Shown here: positions 28,175 to 41,826 of the stretch, piece after piece
Layout: every line of letters begins with the position of its first letter
Position numbering within the stretch: the stretch's first letter is position 1
Assembly: GCF_009914755.1 (NCBI RefSeq)
Contig: NC_060940.1
DNA: 64,000 bases
Strand: one strand, 5' to 3'
DNA from: the human T2T-CHM13v2.0 reference genome, Homo sapiens
The notes under the pieces: model-generated
The model's database searches: none
What the model was told of the DNA's origin: nothing
The model's input: the letters and a program-made list of their open reading frames with translations, nothing else
Translations under genes and position numbers: made by a program

Positions 28175-28486
28175 TTTTTTTTTGTTTTTTTGTTTTGTTT
28201 TGTTTTGAGACAGAGTCTCACTCTGTCACCCAGGCTGGAGTGCAGTGGTGCAATCTCGTTTCACTGCAACCTCCACCTCCAGGTTCACGCCATTCTCCTG
28301 CCTCAGCCTCCGGAGTAGCTGGGACTACAGGCGCCCGCCACCACACCCGGCTAATTTTTTGTATTTTTAGTAGAGATGGGGTTTCATCGTGTTAGCCAGG
28401 ATGGTCTCGATCTCCTCACCTCGTGATTCGCCCGCCTCGGCTTCCCAACGTGCTGGGATTACAGGCGTGAGCCACCGAGCCCGGCC
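28175..28486 (-). mobile_element. AluY-like, full length
   Basis: gttcacgccattctcc and gtgttagccaggatggtctcgatc; TSD aagtagaccact/aagtagatcact. Confidence 0.93.
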
Positions 28487-29714
28487 AAGTAGATCACTCT
28501 TGAAACATTTCCTCTCTGGGCCTCCAGAACAGCGCCTTCCCTGGGGCTTCCTTCCACATCTCTGAACTCATTTCTAGTGTTTTTGCAATCGTCTCTTCTA
28601 TTCCAATTCTTCCACAATACAGTACCTGGACCTTCTTTCCTTCTCTCTCTCTCTCTCTTTTTTTTTTTTCATAGTAACCAATTTACTTTTATTAAAGGTC
28701 TTCACATAACATACTAAACGTTTTTCAACTGTTACTACAATGACCACTTTTAATGGCTAAATATAAGAAAATTGTTTGGATGAGCTAAGCTAAAGCAAAT
28801 TTGGGAGATGGTACTTATTCTTGCTTTCATTTGTGATTACTTTATTCCAAGGACAAATTTTTAAGAGGTAATAGTACTTAATGCTGTTATTATTGAATTC
28901 CTTCTGTGTTGTAGACCCTACACTAAATGCATTACAAACGGAGACTTAAAACAGTTAGAATCAAAGTGTGTATAATTATCCTGTATTTTGCTCATTTAAA
29001 TAAGTAACATCTGGAATTTGAACTCAAGACTGCCTGATTCCAAAGGATGATTTTTATACTATGACCTACTGCTAACATTTTGAATGGCAGCAATGAGAAA
29101 ATTCGAGGAACAATATGGGACATGCATTCCAGATGTAGCATATTATCAGACAGATTCTAGAAAATTATCTCACAAATAATTGTTTCCTGATTTAGGCATA
29201 AAAATATTTTTTGAAAATAATAATTTTCAACTAGTAAAATAAGAGAAGAAAAAAGTAAAAGAAATGAAAATGAACTTTTCAATAGTTGTCATTGTCAAAC
29301 TAAAAATGGCTCTCATTACTTTTATATGACTCTAAAAATAACAAATATATTATCTATGTGACTGGAAATCCAATAGGGCACAGAGAAGTTAATATTGTTT
29401 ATAACAATAGTAGGTTTAATCTACATATGATATTTTATAATATGCTTTTTAAAATTAATGCATGATATAAAGCTTTTCATATCAATAACTATATGACTAC
29501 ATAATCTACTCATTATACAAACATACCATACTCTATTGCTATTTGCACAATTTTTTTCTTTTTGCTATTGTAAACAATGCTGTGATTAACATCCTTCAAA
29601 CATGTCCTTGTGAGCCTATCCATTAATTTACTTAGGATAAATTTTTAGCAGTAAAATTACAAGTTCAAACAATATGCTCTTAATTAAAACTGTACATTTC
29701 TTATTTAAAGTAAA

Positions 29715-30757
29715 GACTAAAACACCAAAAGCAATAGCAACAAAAGCCAACATTGACAAATGGGATCTAATTAAACTAAAGAGCTTCTGCACAGCAAAAT
29801 AAACTACCATCAGAGTGAACAGGAAACCTACAGAATGGGAGGAAAATTTTTGCAAACTATCCATGGGCTAATATCCAGAATCTACAAAGAACTTAAACAA
29901 TTTTTCAATAAAAATTGAACAACCCCATCAAAAAGTGGAAGAAGGATATAAACAGACACTTCTCAAAAGAAGACATTTATGCGGCCAACAAACATAGGAA
30001 AAAAGCTCATCATCAATGGTCATCAGAGAAATGCAAATCAAAGCTACAAAGAGATATCATCTCACACCAGTTAGAATGCTGACCATTAAAAAGTCAAGAA
30101 ACAACAGATGCTGGAGCGGATGTGGAGAAATAGGAACACTTTTACACTATTGATGGAAGTGTAAATTAGTTCAGCCATTGTGGAAGACTGTGGTGATTCC
30201 TTAAGGATCTAGAACCAGAAATACCATTTGACCCAGCAATCCCATTACTGGGTATATACCCCAAGGATTATAAATCCTTCTACTACAAAGACACATCCAC
30301 ACGTATGTTTATTGCAGCACTGTTCACAATAGCAAAGACTTGGAACCAACCCAAATGCCCATCAGTGATAGACTGGATAAAGAAAACGTGGCACATATAT
30401 ACCATGGAATACTATGAAGCCATAAAAAAAGGTTGAGTCCATGTTCTTTGCAGGGACATGGATGAAGCTGGAAACCATCATTCTCAGCAAACTATCACAA
30501 GAACAGAAAACCAAACACCAGATATTCTCACTCATAAGTGGGAGTTGAATAATGAAAACACATGGACACAGGGAGGGGAACATCACATACCAGGTCTTTT
30601 GGGGGGTGGGGGACTAAGGGAGGGATAGCATTAGGAGAAATACCTAATGTAGATGATGGGTTGATGGGTGCAACAAACCACCATGGCACATGTATACCTA
30701 TGTAACAAACCTGCACATTCTGCACATGTATCCCAGAACTTAAAATATTTTAAAAAA
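29715..30757 (+). mobile_element. L1PA7/8-like 3' ~1 kb (ORF2 end + 3'UTR)
   Basis: aaaacaccaaaagcaatagcaacaaaagcc...ctgcacatgtatcccagaacttaaa. Confidence 0.93.
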
Positions 30758-30799
30758 TGCAAATGCCCAGGAAATATGAACATATATTGGACTTCTCTC

Positions 30800-30932
30800 T
30801 CTTCTTTTTATCTTTTATTTTAAGTTCAGTGGTACACGTGTGGGTTTGTTACACAGGTAAACACGTGTCATGGGGGTTTGTTGTACAGGTTATTTCATCA
30901 CACAGGTATGAAGCTTAGTACCCATTAGTTAC
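30800..30932 (-). mobile_element. Short older L1PA 3' end
   Basis: ttttattttaagttcag...gggggtttgttgtacag...tatttcatcac...gtacccattagtta. Confidence 0.8.
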
Positions 30933-31689
30933 CTTAATCGCTATGTGAATTCACTCATTAAAAGACAACAGCTAGAATTCTATCTCCAAGAGAAAATGTT
31001 CTTGTTTCTGGACTTGTCTCTTCATTTGCTTTTTCCATGTCAGCACTTACAGTCATCCTGCCATCAAGGTATGACCACCCAATTGAATAACAATGAAAAT
31101 CGATATTCGCCACAATGTTCTACAAGATCCTGTATGATTTTTCCACTACCTGTCTCTCCAACTATATCTCATGTTAAATTTCCTTTCTCCCATTGCAAGC
31201 TGGCAACAATTTAATTTTTTCCAAATTAATCAAGCTCTTTTCCAGCATGCGATCATCTGCCCTGTGATCTTGTTAACTCTCTTTATTTCTCTCCTGACCT
31301 GGCCAATTTTTTCTTGTCCTTTAAAAGTTAGCTTAAATTCCTTTTGTTTTTAATTTGAGGACCTTCTGACTAACTCAGTGAAATCAGGCTTCTTTAATAT
31401 TTCCTTTCATAGAATGTCAAAGTGTTTCCTCACAGTAGTTCAGACATCTTTATTTCTTATAGTGTCTCTGTATGATTTAGAAAAATATTTCTCCTCCAAA
31501 AGATGCATTGAAAAATGTCACCCTCTCTATTGTGAACAAATAATACTTTTTCCTCCAAACTGCCACAACTCCACATCATGACACATGGCTTGGCCATGTG
31601 GTCAGCTTAGATTTCTGCCTCCACTTGTGCCCTCTTGCCCAAGCACCTTGTGCAGGACACACCTGTGATGCTTTATACTGATAATGCTT

Positions 31690-32022
31690 TTCTCTCTCTC
31701 TCTCTCTCTCTTTCCATATATATATGTGTGTGTGTGTATATATATATATACACACAAATATACATATGCACATATATGTGTATATATATACACACATATA
31801 TATACACATATATGTGTATATGTATACACACATATATATACACATATATGTGTATATGTATACACACATATATATACACATATATGTGTATATGTATACA
31901 CACATATATATACACATATATGTGTATATGTATACACACATATATATACACATATATGTGTATATGTATACACACATATATACACACACATATGTGTGTG
32001 TGTATATATATATGCATTTCAG

Positions 32023-32068
<46 letters not shown>

Positions 32069-32070
32069 GC
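31690..32070. repeat. 36-bp minisatellite (~6 units) flanked by (TC)n/(TA)n
   Basis: Unit tatacacatatatgtgtatatgtatacacacatata; explains the 12-aa periodic ORFs in all frames. Confidence 0.95.
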
Positions 32071-35000
32071 ATTTAGGCTGTTTCTCCCTACCCCCAACTC
32101 TGTTAGATCCAGGAAGTCAGAGACCATGTCATTTTCATTTGCTATTGTATACTCAGAACTCAGTATATTCTGTAGCAGAAAAGGGCACCCAATAAACATT
32201 TGCTGAATAAGTAACTATGACCCGAGTTTGTGAAAAGATTGAGATTATTTATTTTTTCTTCTTTTTTTTTCACAGTAGACAGGTATACAGTCTTTCAGCC
32301 CCAAGTGTGTAAGGAGAGGATGAGTTCACATGTTTGCTAAATCCCCTTCTATGAATGATAATTTAATAGTCTATTATCTCCTGGTATCATTGCCTGAGAA
32401 ACATTTCTTCTTTTCTTTCCAGGTGTATTCAGGAAACATAATTTTGCCCCGATAGTTGAGGACAAGCACAGATTCATAATCTCTGGAAAACATGAGGTTG
32501 CCATTGGTTATTATCTATGTCATAAGTATAAGAGGTATTGAGACATTCCAAAATTATATATTGAATTTAATTCTAATGGTTACAAAAAAAAATTTCCAAA
32601 TGTATGTTTAGGAGAAAGGGCAGTGGGGAACATATTGGAAATCTTATTTCTAAATATATCTGTCTTGTGAACATATTAAAAGCCTCAGCCTAAAGTGATG
32701 TTTCCCAAATTGTTCACAGGGAATGGAAAAAGCCTTATTTGCTGGACATGAGCAAAAATAGCAGGCTAAAGATTCCATGAAAATTAAGAGATGTTTTGAT
32801 TCTCTTTGAAAGTAGAACTTTATAAGACTTACCGCCACAAGTGACATGATTTGAGAATTTTGCAGAAACACTGTTGGTACAAATAAATGGATCATGTTTC
32901 TGGTCCTGCCTAGAAATGTCATTAGATAGCAATTCACCACTCAAGGGCTATAAATATCAGCCTTTATAATCAGGAGAAAATATGCGATTTTGATCTAGTT
33001 ACTTCAGATTTCAGATTCTTGGTTTCTTAATATGTAGAATGATGATAAAAATAACATTTATTTGATTGGCATTTCATAGAAATTTATGAAAACAATATCC
33101 CATAATACCTAATCAATTAACAAAGTTCAACAGTATTTTACTTCCTTTATTCCTGCCTAATTCTTTCTGTGTCCTTATTCTGGCCCCTCATAATCAGTGG
33201 ACAAAATAAAAGGGCACAGTCACCTTTCTTTGCCATAGGTCCTGCCTCCTATTCCACAGATAAAAACTTTAGCTTCCTTTTCAACTTCCAGAAACCACTT
33301 ATTCTTGTTTTCCAGTCAGGACTAACAATATTAGCTGGTTCCTTACTTTTGTTAGCTTTAATATTCTGCATACCCTTCTTGGTTTTCCGCAACTATACCC
33401 ATACATATGAAATTATATACTCATTAAATCATCCTTAATTTCTTAATTTCAGTGTGCCATATCTTCCTGTCAGGACACTACCCACATCCCCTTTTCCTGC
33501 CTTTCAGATCCAATAAGAATAAACTGAACTTTCCTTACTCAATAGTGCAATACAGAGGAGCTACTTTGCAGAAACTGATAATTGAATATTTCAATTCCCC
33601 AGATACAAACCTTTTAAACTCAAAGACCAATTTCTATATCCAATGGGTCACCCAAGAAGAAGCCAATAATTCTTTTAAAGAACTGGACCATCCAACCTTC
33701 AAGTGGGAAGCAAAATAGAATGCGTGAGTCAAAGCATGGCATCAGAGAAGGTCAGCCCATGAGGGAGTAGTCAACAGGCTAGGCCATAAAGGAAATACTC
33801 GGAAACAGTGAACAAGGAAGAATTTCAGAGTGGGATCCAGGAAAGTTATTACTTATCCTTATTAGGTTCTTTCACGAAGGCCCGGAGAAGACCCTTCATC
33901 TTTCAATATGGCCATTTCATGAACGTTTGTGTTATAAGTGAGCTGGGTAGTTAGAAGAGACCTTCCCAAATCACTTAACTTCATGTTGGTTACCACATTC
34001 TCCCTTAATTGATCAGAGGGATTTTAGCAGGCTTGATTTTAGTGATGAGTTGGTGGGGTACAGTGTGGCAAATTGATTTAATGATCTTATGTATACGTCT
34101 CTTTCTAAATAGGGAGTACGAATCTTAGAAAACAATCTTGAGGACCTCTTCATCATTATCCCACAAGAACATTTGTGAGAGTGTTTATAATGCCTTATTA
34201 AGGAATTTGGTGCAGAGTGTATGCCATCCTTTGACATTATCCGCATTGGATAAAAGAGAAGAGAGTGATCTTGTTGCAGTGTGATTACAAAAGCATCATT
34301 GGTTGCAATCATCATGGTGATTATAAAACCACCCTATTGCTAGAAAAATTGGTTTCTACATTCTTTAATGTAGAATATGCCCAAATATTATAATGTACAA
34401 ATTTACAAATAATATGAGCCTAACTTACATATTTGATAGGCTATAATAGTCTAGTACTTCATCAATTCAACATGGGACTTTCAGGAACAACTCAAGTAGT
34501 AAGAAACATAAAAACATGAAAATGCCTTTTCCCACTGCAAACATTGACAAGATTGTTAAATATTTCTTGCAGGTTTACAGGTCAGTCATACAGTAGCTGT
34601 GACAACTCAGTGCAAAACACCTGCATTCCTGTAAATGTTCTTCCTGATGAGATAGACAAATTGTTATAGAACAAAGATTCTACATTCTTTTTATTGAGAA
34701 AAAAATTCCAGTATTGTCTTTACTCCATTTAACAAACTTCAAAATTATTTTCCAATTTTCTTATTTATTTTGGTCACAGAAAATGTGGTCATATTAAAAT
34801 GTGCATCTTTTTGAGTGAATAGAAGATATTCATACTTACAAGCTAGAAGAGATTTCTGAAAAATGTTGGGCTAATTGTTGTTAAGCCAAACAAAAACGTT
34901 TCCTTCAACTGTGGTTTACTTGATACCTTGATACATCAAACAAAAAAATATTGGGAAGTAAGATAAAGTGATGTCAGTGATAGTGATGATGAAAGATCTG

Positions 35001-35793
35001 TGGCAACGTGTGCTGATTTTTCTCTTCATTCATGATTGTTAGCCTCACCAACTGTTAGCATCTGTGGAGTCCAGTTTGAGAGCAAGTTTCTTTTACAGAG
35101 GATGACACTAAACAGGTCACTGTAACTTAAAGGATTACAATCTAAGGACTGTGTCAGATAAATCTTTATTTTCCTCAAAGTACTCAATCATTTCCGTGTT
35201 CAATAAACATGACAAATAAATGCTTACTTGGAATTGAGTTACTATTTTATTCGTTTCCCACCCCCTCAATAGCCATTGTTATCTAAAGACAATATAGATG
35301 TTGAACTAGCTTGATTCTTTTTCATCTCCAACATATTAACCTTTTAGGACTATTTTCTTTATTTGTAACATAACTCACTCAACACACTTTGCCACTTTTA
35401 TGAGAAGGCTGCTTAACTCCTGGGGGTTTAACATCTGATCTCTGTGCCCAATACTGTGATGAGAACCTAAGGATAAATATAGTGTCTGTAGTTAGGTACT
35501 AATAGGAAGAAGGACATTTCTGAGTGTCTTCAGCAAAGGCCATTGAAGGAGAGAATCTTATTTTGACAAAAGGAAAGGGAGAGGATTTGGATGAGTAAGC
35601 TAGGGTGAATTACATTGGCATGGAGGTCATTGATTAATATAACAAGGCCATTCTTCTCCATCATCGACCTTAAAACCAGCCTAGAAGTTTCTTTTGAGTA
35701 GGATATATGCTCCAGGAAAACCTGAAACACCCACAAACTCTACAATTATATACTGAACCAAATTAAAAACGACTACAAAGAGCAAAATTCAAA

Positions 35794-37074
35794 TAAGCAA
35801 AAATAAATATTCTTGGATATGTATCCTCGTAAAATGTATATTTCTGTGGATTTGTTTTAAATCCACAGAAATTTACATGATTAGGAGGCCATTTTAGGAT
35901 CTTGGCCATTCTAGGATGTGATGTTTTAGGATGTTTACTTGATAATAGAGATTTCCAAAAATTGACGGAGAAGAAGATTGGAGACAGAGTAGACATAGAC
36001 TACTGCAATAACCTATGTGAACAATCATTGTTTCACAAATGCCCTCTTCTCAATGGGGAACTAATCCTAAAAAAACAAGCTCAACTTCTTGCACATTGAT
36101 TTCTCCAGCCATCTGAACTTCCTTGACCTTTTCTCTTTTCTGAATGTCAATTGACAGCTTCCCCACACTTTGCCTCTTCCTTTACATACTGTCATATGTG
36201 GTAGGTCACATCACCTAATTATCTCAGTGTGTTAAATTTATCTCTCCAATTAGCTCTGTGTGAACAAGGTCTGTGACTTATCCTACTGCTTTATTCCCAA
36301 TTATGCTCATCACGGAGCTATGTGCAGTGTAGATGCTCAATAAATAGATGGTGATATCCTGAATATGATCCTATTACAAGGAAGAAAATTATATTAGATT
36401 TGATCATATCCCTTCATGTCTTTAAAATCCTCAGTTTCTCTATTGATTCTAATAGTAATGTCTATCGATTCCAATAGTGATGCATAAATTTTATTTACAA
36501 AATACATCTATTTAGGAAGATAACATTGGTTATTCAGTGAACAAAATCATAATTAACTAACTATATTTAAGAAATCCAGGAATAAACCAAATAAACCATT
36601 TTATTGCAATAGGATTTCTAAGAGCTTTTAGTTTGTAAATATAGATTGTGACCTCTAAGAGAGAGATAAATAGTCTGGGCATTTCAACAAATGTGAAATA
36701 TACTAGAAATCCAAACTTGTACTGAAAATACGTATCTAAATCATATGGGTTCCTGTTCTGCACAGCACAATTTCATAGGCTGGAGTTCCTATTTTAGTCT
36801 AGATTCTTTAGTACATACACACTTTCACAGTCAGAATACCACCCATCCTCACTGTAATACTTCCTTTCCTATACCAAACACCAAGTCCAAGGAACATATT
36901 ATTTACTGATTTTTCTAAGCATACCTAATATTATCTTATTTTTATTTTAGTATCAATTTGTTTATTAGACCTCAAGTGCAAGTAGATGAGCCACTTTTTC
37001 TCAGGTAAGCAAAAGTAAATATTATTGGATATGTATCTTTGTAAAATGTATATTTCTGTGGATTTGTTTTAAAT
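35794..37074. repeat. Dispersed 69-bp direct repeat (35794-35862 and 37006-37074)
   Basis: 65/69 identical, offset 1212 bp. Confidence 0.92.
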
Positions 37075-39505
37075 TAATATAGATGTTATTTCATCACAAG
37101 TTTTATTCTGCAATTTACATTTTTAATTTGACATAATTTTTCAGAATGAATACATGCTAGCTTGAGTGCATTTATTTTATTATGTCTAAATGCCCGATAG
37201 TAACTCTTAGTATTTATTAAGAGGACATAATATCCATCCTCCTAGTGCAGACGCATTCAGTGCCTCTAGCACCTCACTTTTAAAAAAAGGCATAATAAAT
37301 AACACTGAACATACTCACTTAGGAATCTGTAAGAGTTTCTCTGGAATTTACCCCATAATGTGGCATTGCTGGATTACAGAAGAGATGCAATGTATGAATC
37401 TTCTCAGTCTTAATGTTTTCACTAACACTTGATAGTATCCACATTTTTATACCCATCCCATAAATTTAGAGTGATAGCTTACTGTTTTACATTTGCATTT
37501 TTGAAAGCAAACTAGTTTGAGTTTTGGTTCATTTACTTGGGCTTGCCTCTGTACCTGCAGCAAGATTTCCATATATGTTTTTATTGCTCATTTTTTTGTG
37601 CATTGTCATTTGCTTGTTTTATTTTTCATAGCTTGGTGGTAAGTTTCTTTTACCTGGTAGTGTAATACTATTCCTTCCTTATCTCTTCACTAGTCTTACT
37701 TAAATTAAATTATAGAGCTCAACAAATAATAAAATCAAATTTAAAAACAAAATATTGAATTGGTTACAAATTTCTGTTAACATTTTGATTATAATAGAAT
37801 AAAAATTACTAATATAATTGACATCATTAGCATTTTCCTTTCATCAGATAAATCATTCAGATTTAGCGGCATTGCTGAAATACTTGCTTAGTAGTCATAG
37901 TTTGTCTATTTACTCTGTTAACTTTCTATGTGTATGACAATATTATCTGTAAATAATGGCACAGTTCCCCTCTTTTCTATAAAGCTTTAAAGCTTTGTTC
38001 CTGCTTCAGCATTTCTTTGGATATTGGTGGTAGTCAGGACTTGGAATATTATATTGAACCAAAGCAATGTGGACAGCCTTTCTTTTCTTATTTTCATCTT
38101 AAATAAATTTCCCTTACAATTCTCTATTAACTACTTTATTTAGTATAAAATTTGGGTTGATTACCCTTTATCAATTTAAGGACATTCTCATTTATGCAAA
38201 ATGCTTAGTTTTCTGAGGGTTTTTATCTTAAGTAGATCATGAACTTTACCACACTTTTTAAAAATACACCTACAGAAATGTTCATATGTATGTATTTTTG
38301 TCTTTGATAGTCAATTAACTATTTTATAAAATTATCTTTCTATTCCTAGGACGAACCATATTAAAACAAGAGGTATTACTTATTAATACACTGTTAGTTT
38401 CTATTGATGTTTTCATAGCAAAAATTAGTGTATCTGTAATTTTCTGTTTTTACTTTATTCCTGCCAGGTTTTAAGACACACACAACGCATTTTCTAGACT
38501 CTGGGTCTTCAGGCCTTCCTGCCTCGCACTTGTGATATCACCTTTGTATGTTCCATCTCTCTCCATAATGACTGATGGAATTCTTAATTTTTTTTTATGG
38601 CGTAGCTCAGTAAGTATGTTTCTATCCATAAACTCATTAAACATTCATTATTTTGAATCAGTATTTTTATGGCAATTTGAAAGTACTAAAACATGCATAT
38701 TTTATATGTATATATATATATATATATAATGCTATTATTTTAAAAACAAGAGCTGTGTCAAACTACTACAGAAGACAGTAATCTCTGAAGAAAAAGGATG
38801 TCTTTCTATCTTTGTCCAAGCCCCACACATGTAGCACAGGGCTTATAGCATAAGTGCATGACAGATTAGATGCATTCTCATAAATAAGCTTTTAATATAA
38901 GAATTTCTTATACTTACTCTGCATAAGACTTTTCTCTCCCAACGGATATTGCTTCAATTCTACGCACCCGACATTAATTAAGTGCCAAACCCCTAAACTT
39001 CCAAACAACCAGATAACTTTATCAGTAAGTAGCAATAAACCAACAAAAATGATTTGTTTGAGTGTGTTTCTTTTGTAATTTTTATCATACCTAAACCACA
39101 AAGACCAAATGTTTCTTCTCTTGAGATTTAGTATTCAGTCCAAAGAGAAAGGATATATCTCTGGAAAGCTTTCTGGACAATGTATTATGTTTATAGAGAA
39201 AGCTATATGTGTCTTTTTTTTCTACTTTTAGGTAAGCATACATTAAAGTTTTCGAGATATTATCTCCTCATTTCCACTAACTAATATTTCCAGTAAGTGA
39301 ATCCATCATACTTCAGCCGAGAATGAACAAACTAACTGAAGTGGAGCCTTTATTTTTTTAATTTCTGGAAATCTAAAATATATAAAATTATCAGTCTGAC
39401 TGACCTTTTCTTTCTGAAATGTATCATGTCTCTTGTGACCTTCATTGACTCAGGTATTGATATATAGAAAAAATCAAAGTGTAGCAATGTTTTCTAGATG
39501 ATCCC

Positions 39506-39961
39506 TATGATGGTAAATTTTATATGGCAACTTGACTAGGCCACAGGATGCACAGATTAGACATTATTTCTGGGTGTGTCTGTGTTGGTGTTTCCACATA
39601 ATGTTAGCATTTGAATCAATGGGCTCAGTAAAGTAGATTGCCTTCCCCAATATATATGGGTCTCATCTAATACACTGAAGGCATAAAGAACAGGAAGGGG
39701 AGAATTGTTCCCTTTTTTTCTGCCTGTTTCATCTGGAATATCTTATTTCATCTTCTCCTGACTTCAGACTGGGATTTACATCTTATCTCCCTTGATTCTC
39801 AGGCCTTAAGACTCAGACAGAACTGCAATACTGGTTTTCCTCCAGCTTGCAGACAACAGATCATAGGAGTTATCCACTACCATAATCTCATGAGCCAATT
39901 CCTCCTAAAAACTCTCTCTCACCAAATGGCTCTGTGTCTCTGAAGAACCCTGACTAATACA
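39506..39961 (+). mobile_element. MLT2 (ERVL) solo LTR
   Basis: tgatggtaaattttatatggcaacttgactaggccac...gaagaaccctgactaataca; 5-bp TSD atccc/gtccc. Confidence 0.9.
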
Positions 39962-40049
39962 GTCCCTAACATATCCCATGTAAGAATTTCTACAAAGACT
40001 CTTATTTCTATTATCCTTTTCTGTTGTCCATTATTAGAGAAGTTAGGAA

Positions 40050-41290
40050 GTCAGCCTTTGATAAACAAATTCACTTCTCATCTTCCTAAACTTTGTAATT
40101 GTCCCCACGAATTACATAGTTTTCAAGCCAAAAACTCTAGGAGTTATTTTTAGATTCCATCTTCATTTTGAGCATGTAATTCAACTACTGTTACTACCAA
40201 TTTTATATCCAAAATATATGTGAATTCTGGGTATTTCTTCTATCTGTATTACCACTCCATAAATTCAAGATAATATGTTCCTTGGCTTATGATAAAAATC
40301 TTCTATCTAGGTTTCCCACTTTCATTCATGTCTCCTACAATCTGATTTTCATATAGAGCCAGAGTGATTATTTTTAAAATAGAAATCAGATCATATCATA
40401 CCCCAGCTTTTAGATCCCTTCAATTGCCTTCTCTTTTACATTAAGTAAACATGAGCTTCTTATCTTGGTTGACAAGAACCTGGATAATATGGTCTCTTCC
40501 CAGGTTTCCACATCTGTTGCATCTCTTTCACCTTTAACCACTATAATCTGGACCTCATATTCATTCTTGTATATGCCACTGATTCAGTCCAGCAGAACAA
40601 CTAACATAAACATTCCCAAACCCTTTACTATGGTTTTCCTTGATTACAAAAACTTCACATGGCAACTCAAATATCATTCTGTCCACTGTAAGTAAAACAT
40701 TTAGTTTCCCATCCATCTGTTTTGTTCTATCGTATCAAGTTTTTTTTATTTCCATTTATTTACATTTCTTCCATTTTACCAGCTCTTTGAAAAAAAAAAA
40801 AAAACCTTCTCTGTCTTTTCAATGCTGTATTCCCAGCACCCAAATGAATGGGAAATCTTTGGTACGTATTTCTTAAATAAATAAGGATACTGATTGTTTT
40901 TGTAACTTGGAGAATTTCATACATTGAGAAACACAATAATGAAGCCAATTGAGAGATCCCCTCACATCACCATTTATTTTCAGGTGTCAGGACCTCAAAC
41001 TAGCATTACTTTTTGATACTCCCTGTCTAAGATTTGCTTCCCTCCAGGACTCATTCTAACACAGCCTCAAGAAAGATATCTTGTCTTGGTAGACTTAGAT
41101 AAATATTCTTTCTCTGTGCTTTAAAAACACTGTCTGCTCAGTTCTTCCACAGGATAGCCAAATCAAATGTTTTATCATTCATTTGCTTCTATAATTTATC
41201 TAATTTAATTCCATGTCTTGAAAGGCAAGAGAAGTGTGTTGGGTATATCCTTTTACTGTTACTAGCATAGTACCTAGTATGTATTTTATA
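40050..41290 (+). mobile_element. L2 remnants
   Basis: gccagagtgattatttttaaaatagaaatcagatcatatca; L2-type 3' ends near 40880 and 41280. Confidence 0.55.
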
Positions 41291-41326
41291 GAAAAGAATT
41301 TTTATGTTTAAAGCTCTTTCTTAAAG

Positions 41327-41332
41327 TTTATT
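41327..41332 (-). terminator. Candidate distal poly(A) signal AATAAA of CDH8
   Basis: + strand tttatt at 41327-41332. A U-rich tract (ATTCTTTTCT on the minus strand) lies ~30 nt downstream. Confidence 0.6.
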
Positions 41333-41530
41333 TGCAATATCATTATGTATAAATAATTATTATTTATAAATTTTGGCTCTAACATTGAGCCAAAAACATC
41401 CATTCACATACTCAACAATCAGACTTGACAAAGATGACAGCTCTCGAACTTTAGAGGTTAAGTTAAAGAAAAATTAGAAAACCATTCGACATATTTGTAG
41501 TTAAAGCAGAGTAACGTTGGAAAGGTGGGG

Positions 41531-41826
41531 GGGGTGATCCCAGTGACTCCTAAATTGTCATGTTCCATCTTAGAGCATAATTGTTAAAATCTTCCTCTTA
41601 TTTGTGAGGGATCATAGGATGGCCTGAAGTTCTTTGCATGTACAGAAGAAATCCCAAGAAATTAACATTTGGCTTTGGGGGGTGATCCCAATGACTCCTA
41701 AATTGTCATGGTCCATCTTAGAGCATAATTGTTAAAATTTTCCTCTTATTTTTGAGGAATCATAGGATGGCCTGAAGTTCTTTGCATGTACAGAAGAAAT
41801 CCCAAGAAATTAACATTTGGCTTTGG
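41531..41826. repeat. Tandem duplication, 2 x 148 bp (5 mismatches)
   Basis: ggggtgatccca...taacatttggctttgg at 41531-41678 and 41679-41826. Confidence 0.96.

Noticed and set aside
31576-32206. Six overlapping 114-207 aa ORFs
   Set aside because: Artefact of a stop-free 36-bp RY minisatellite; periodic Y/T/H/I/C/V peptides.
14786-41826. Direct repeats as a CRISPR-like array or prokaryotic system
   Set aside because: Only two-copy duplications without spacers; the DNA is primate (Alu/L1-rich).
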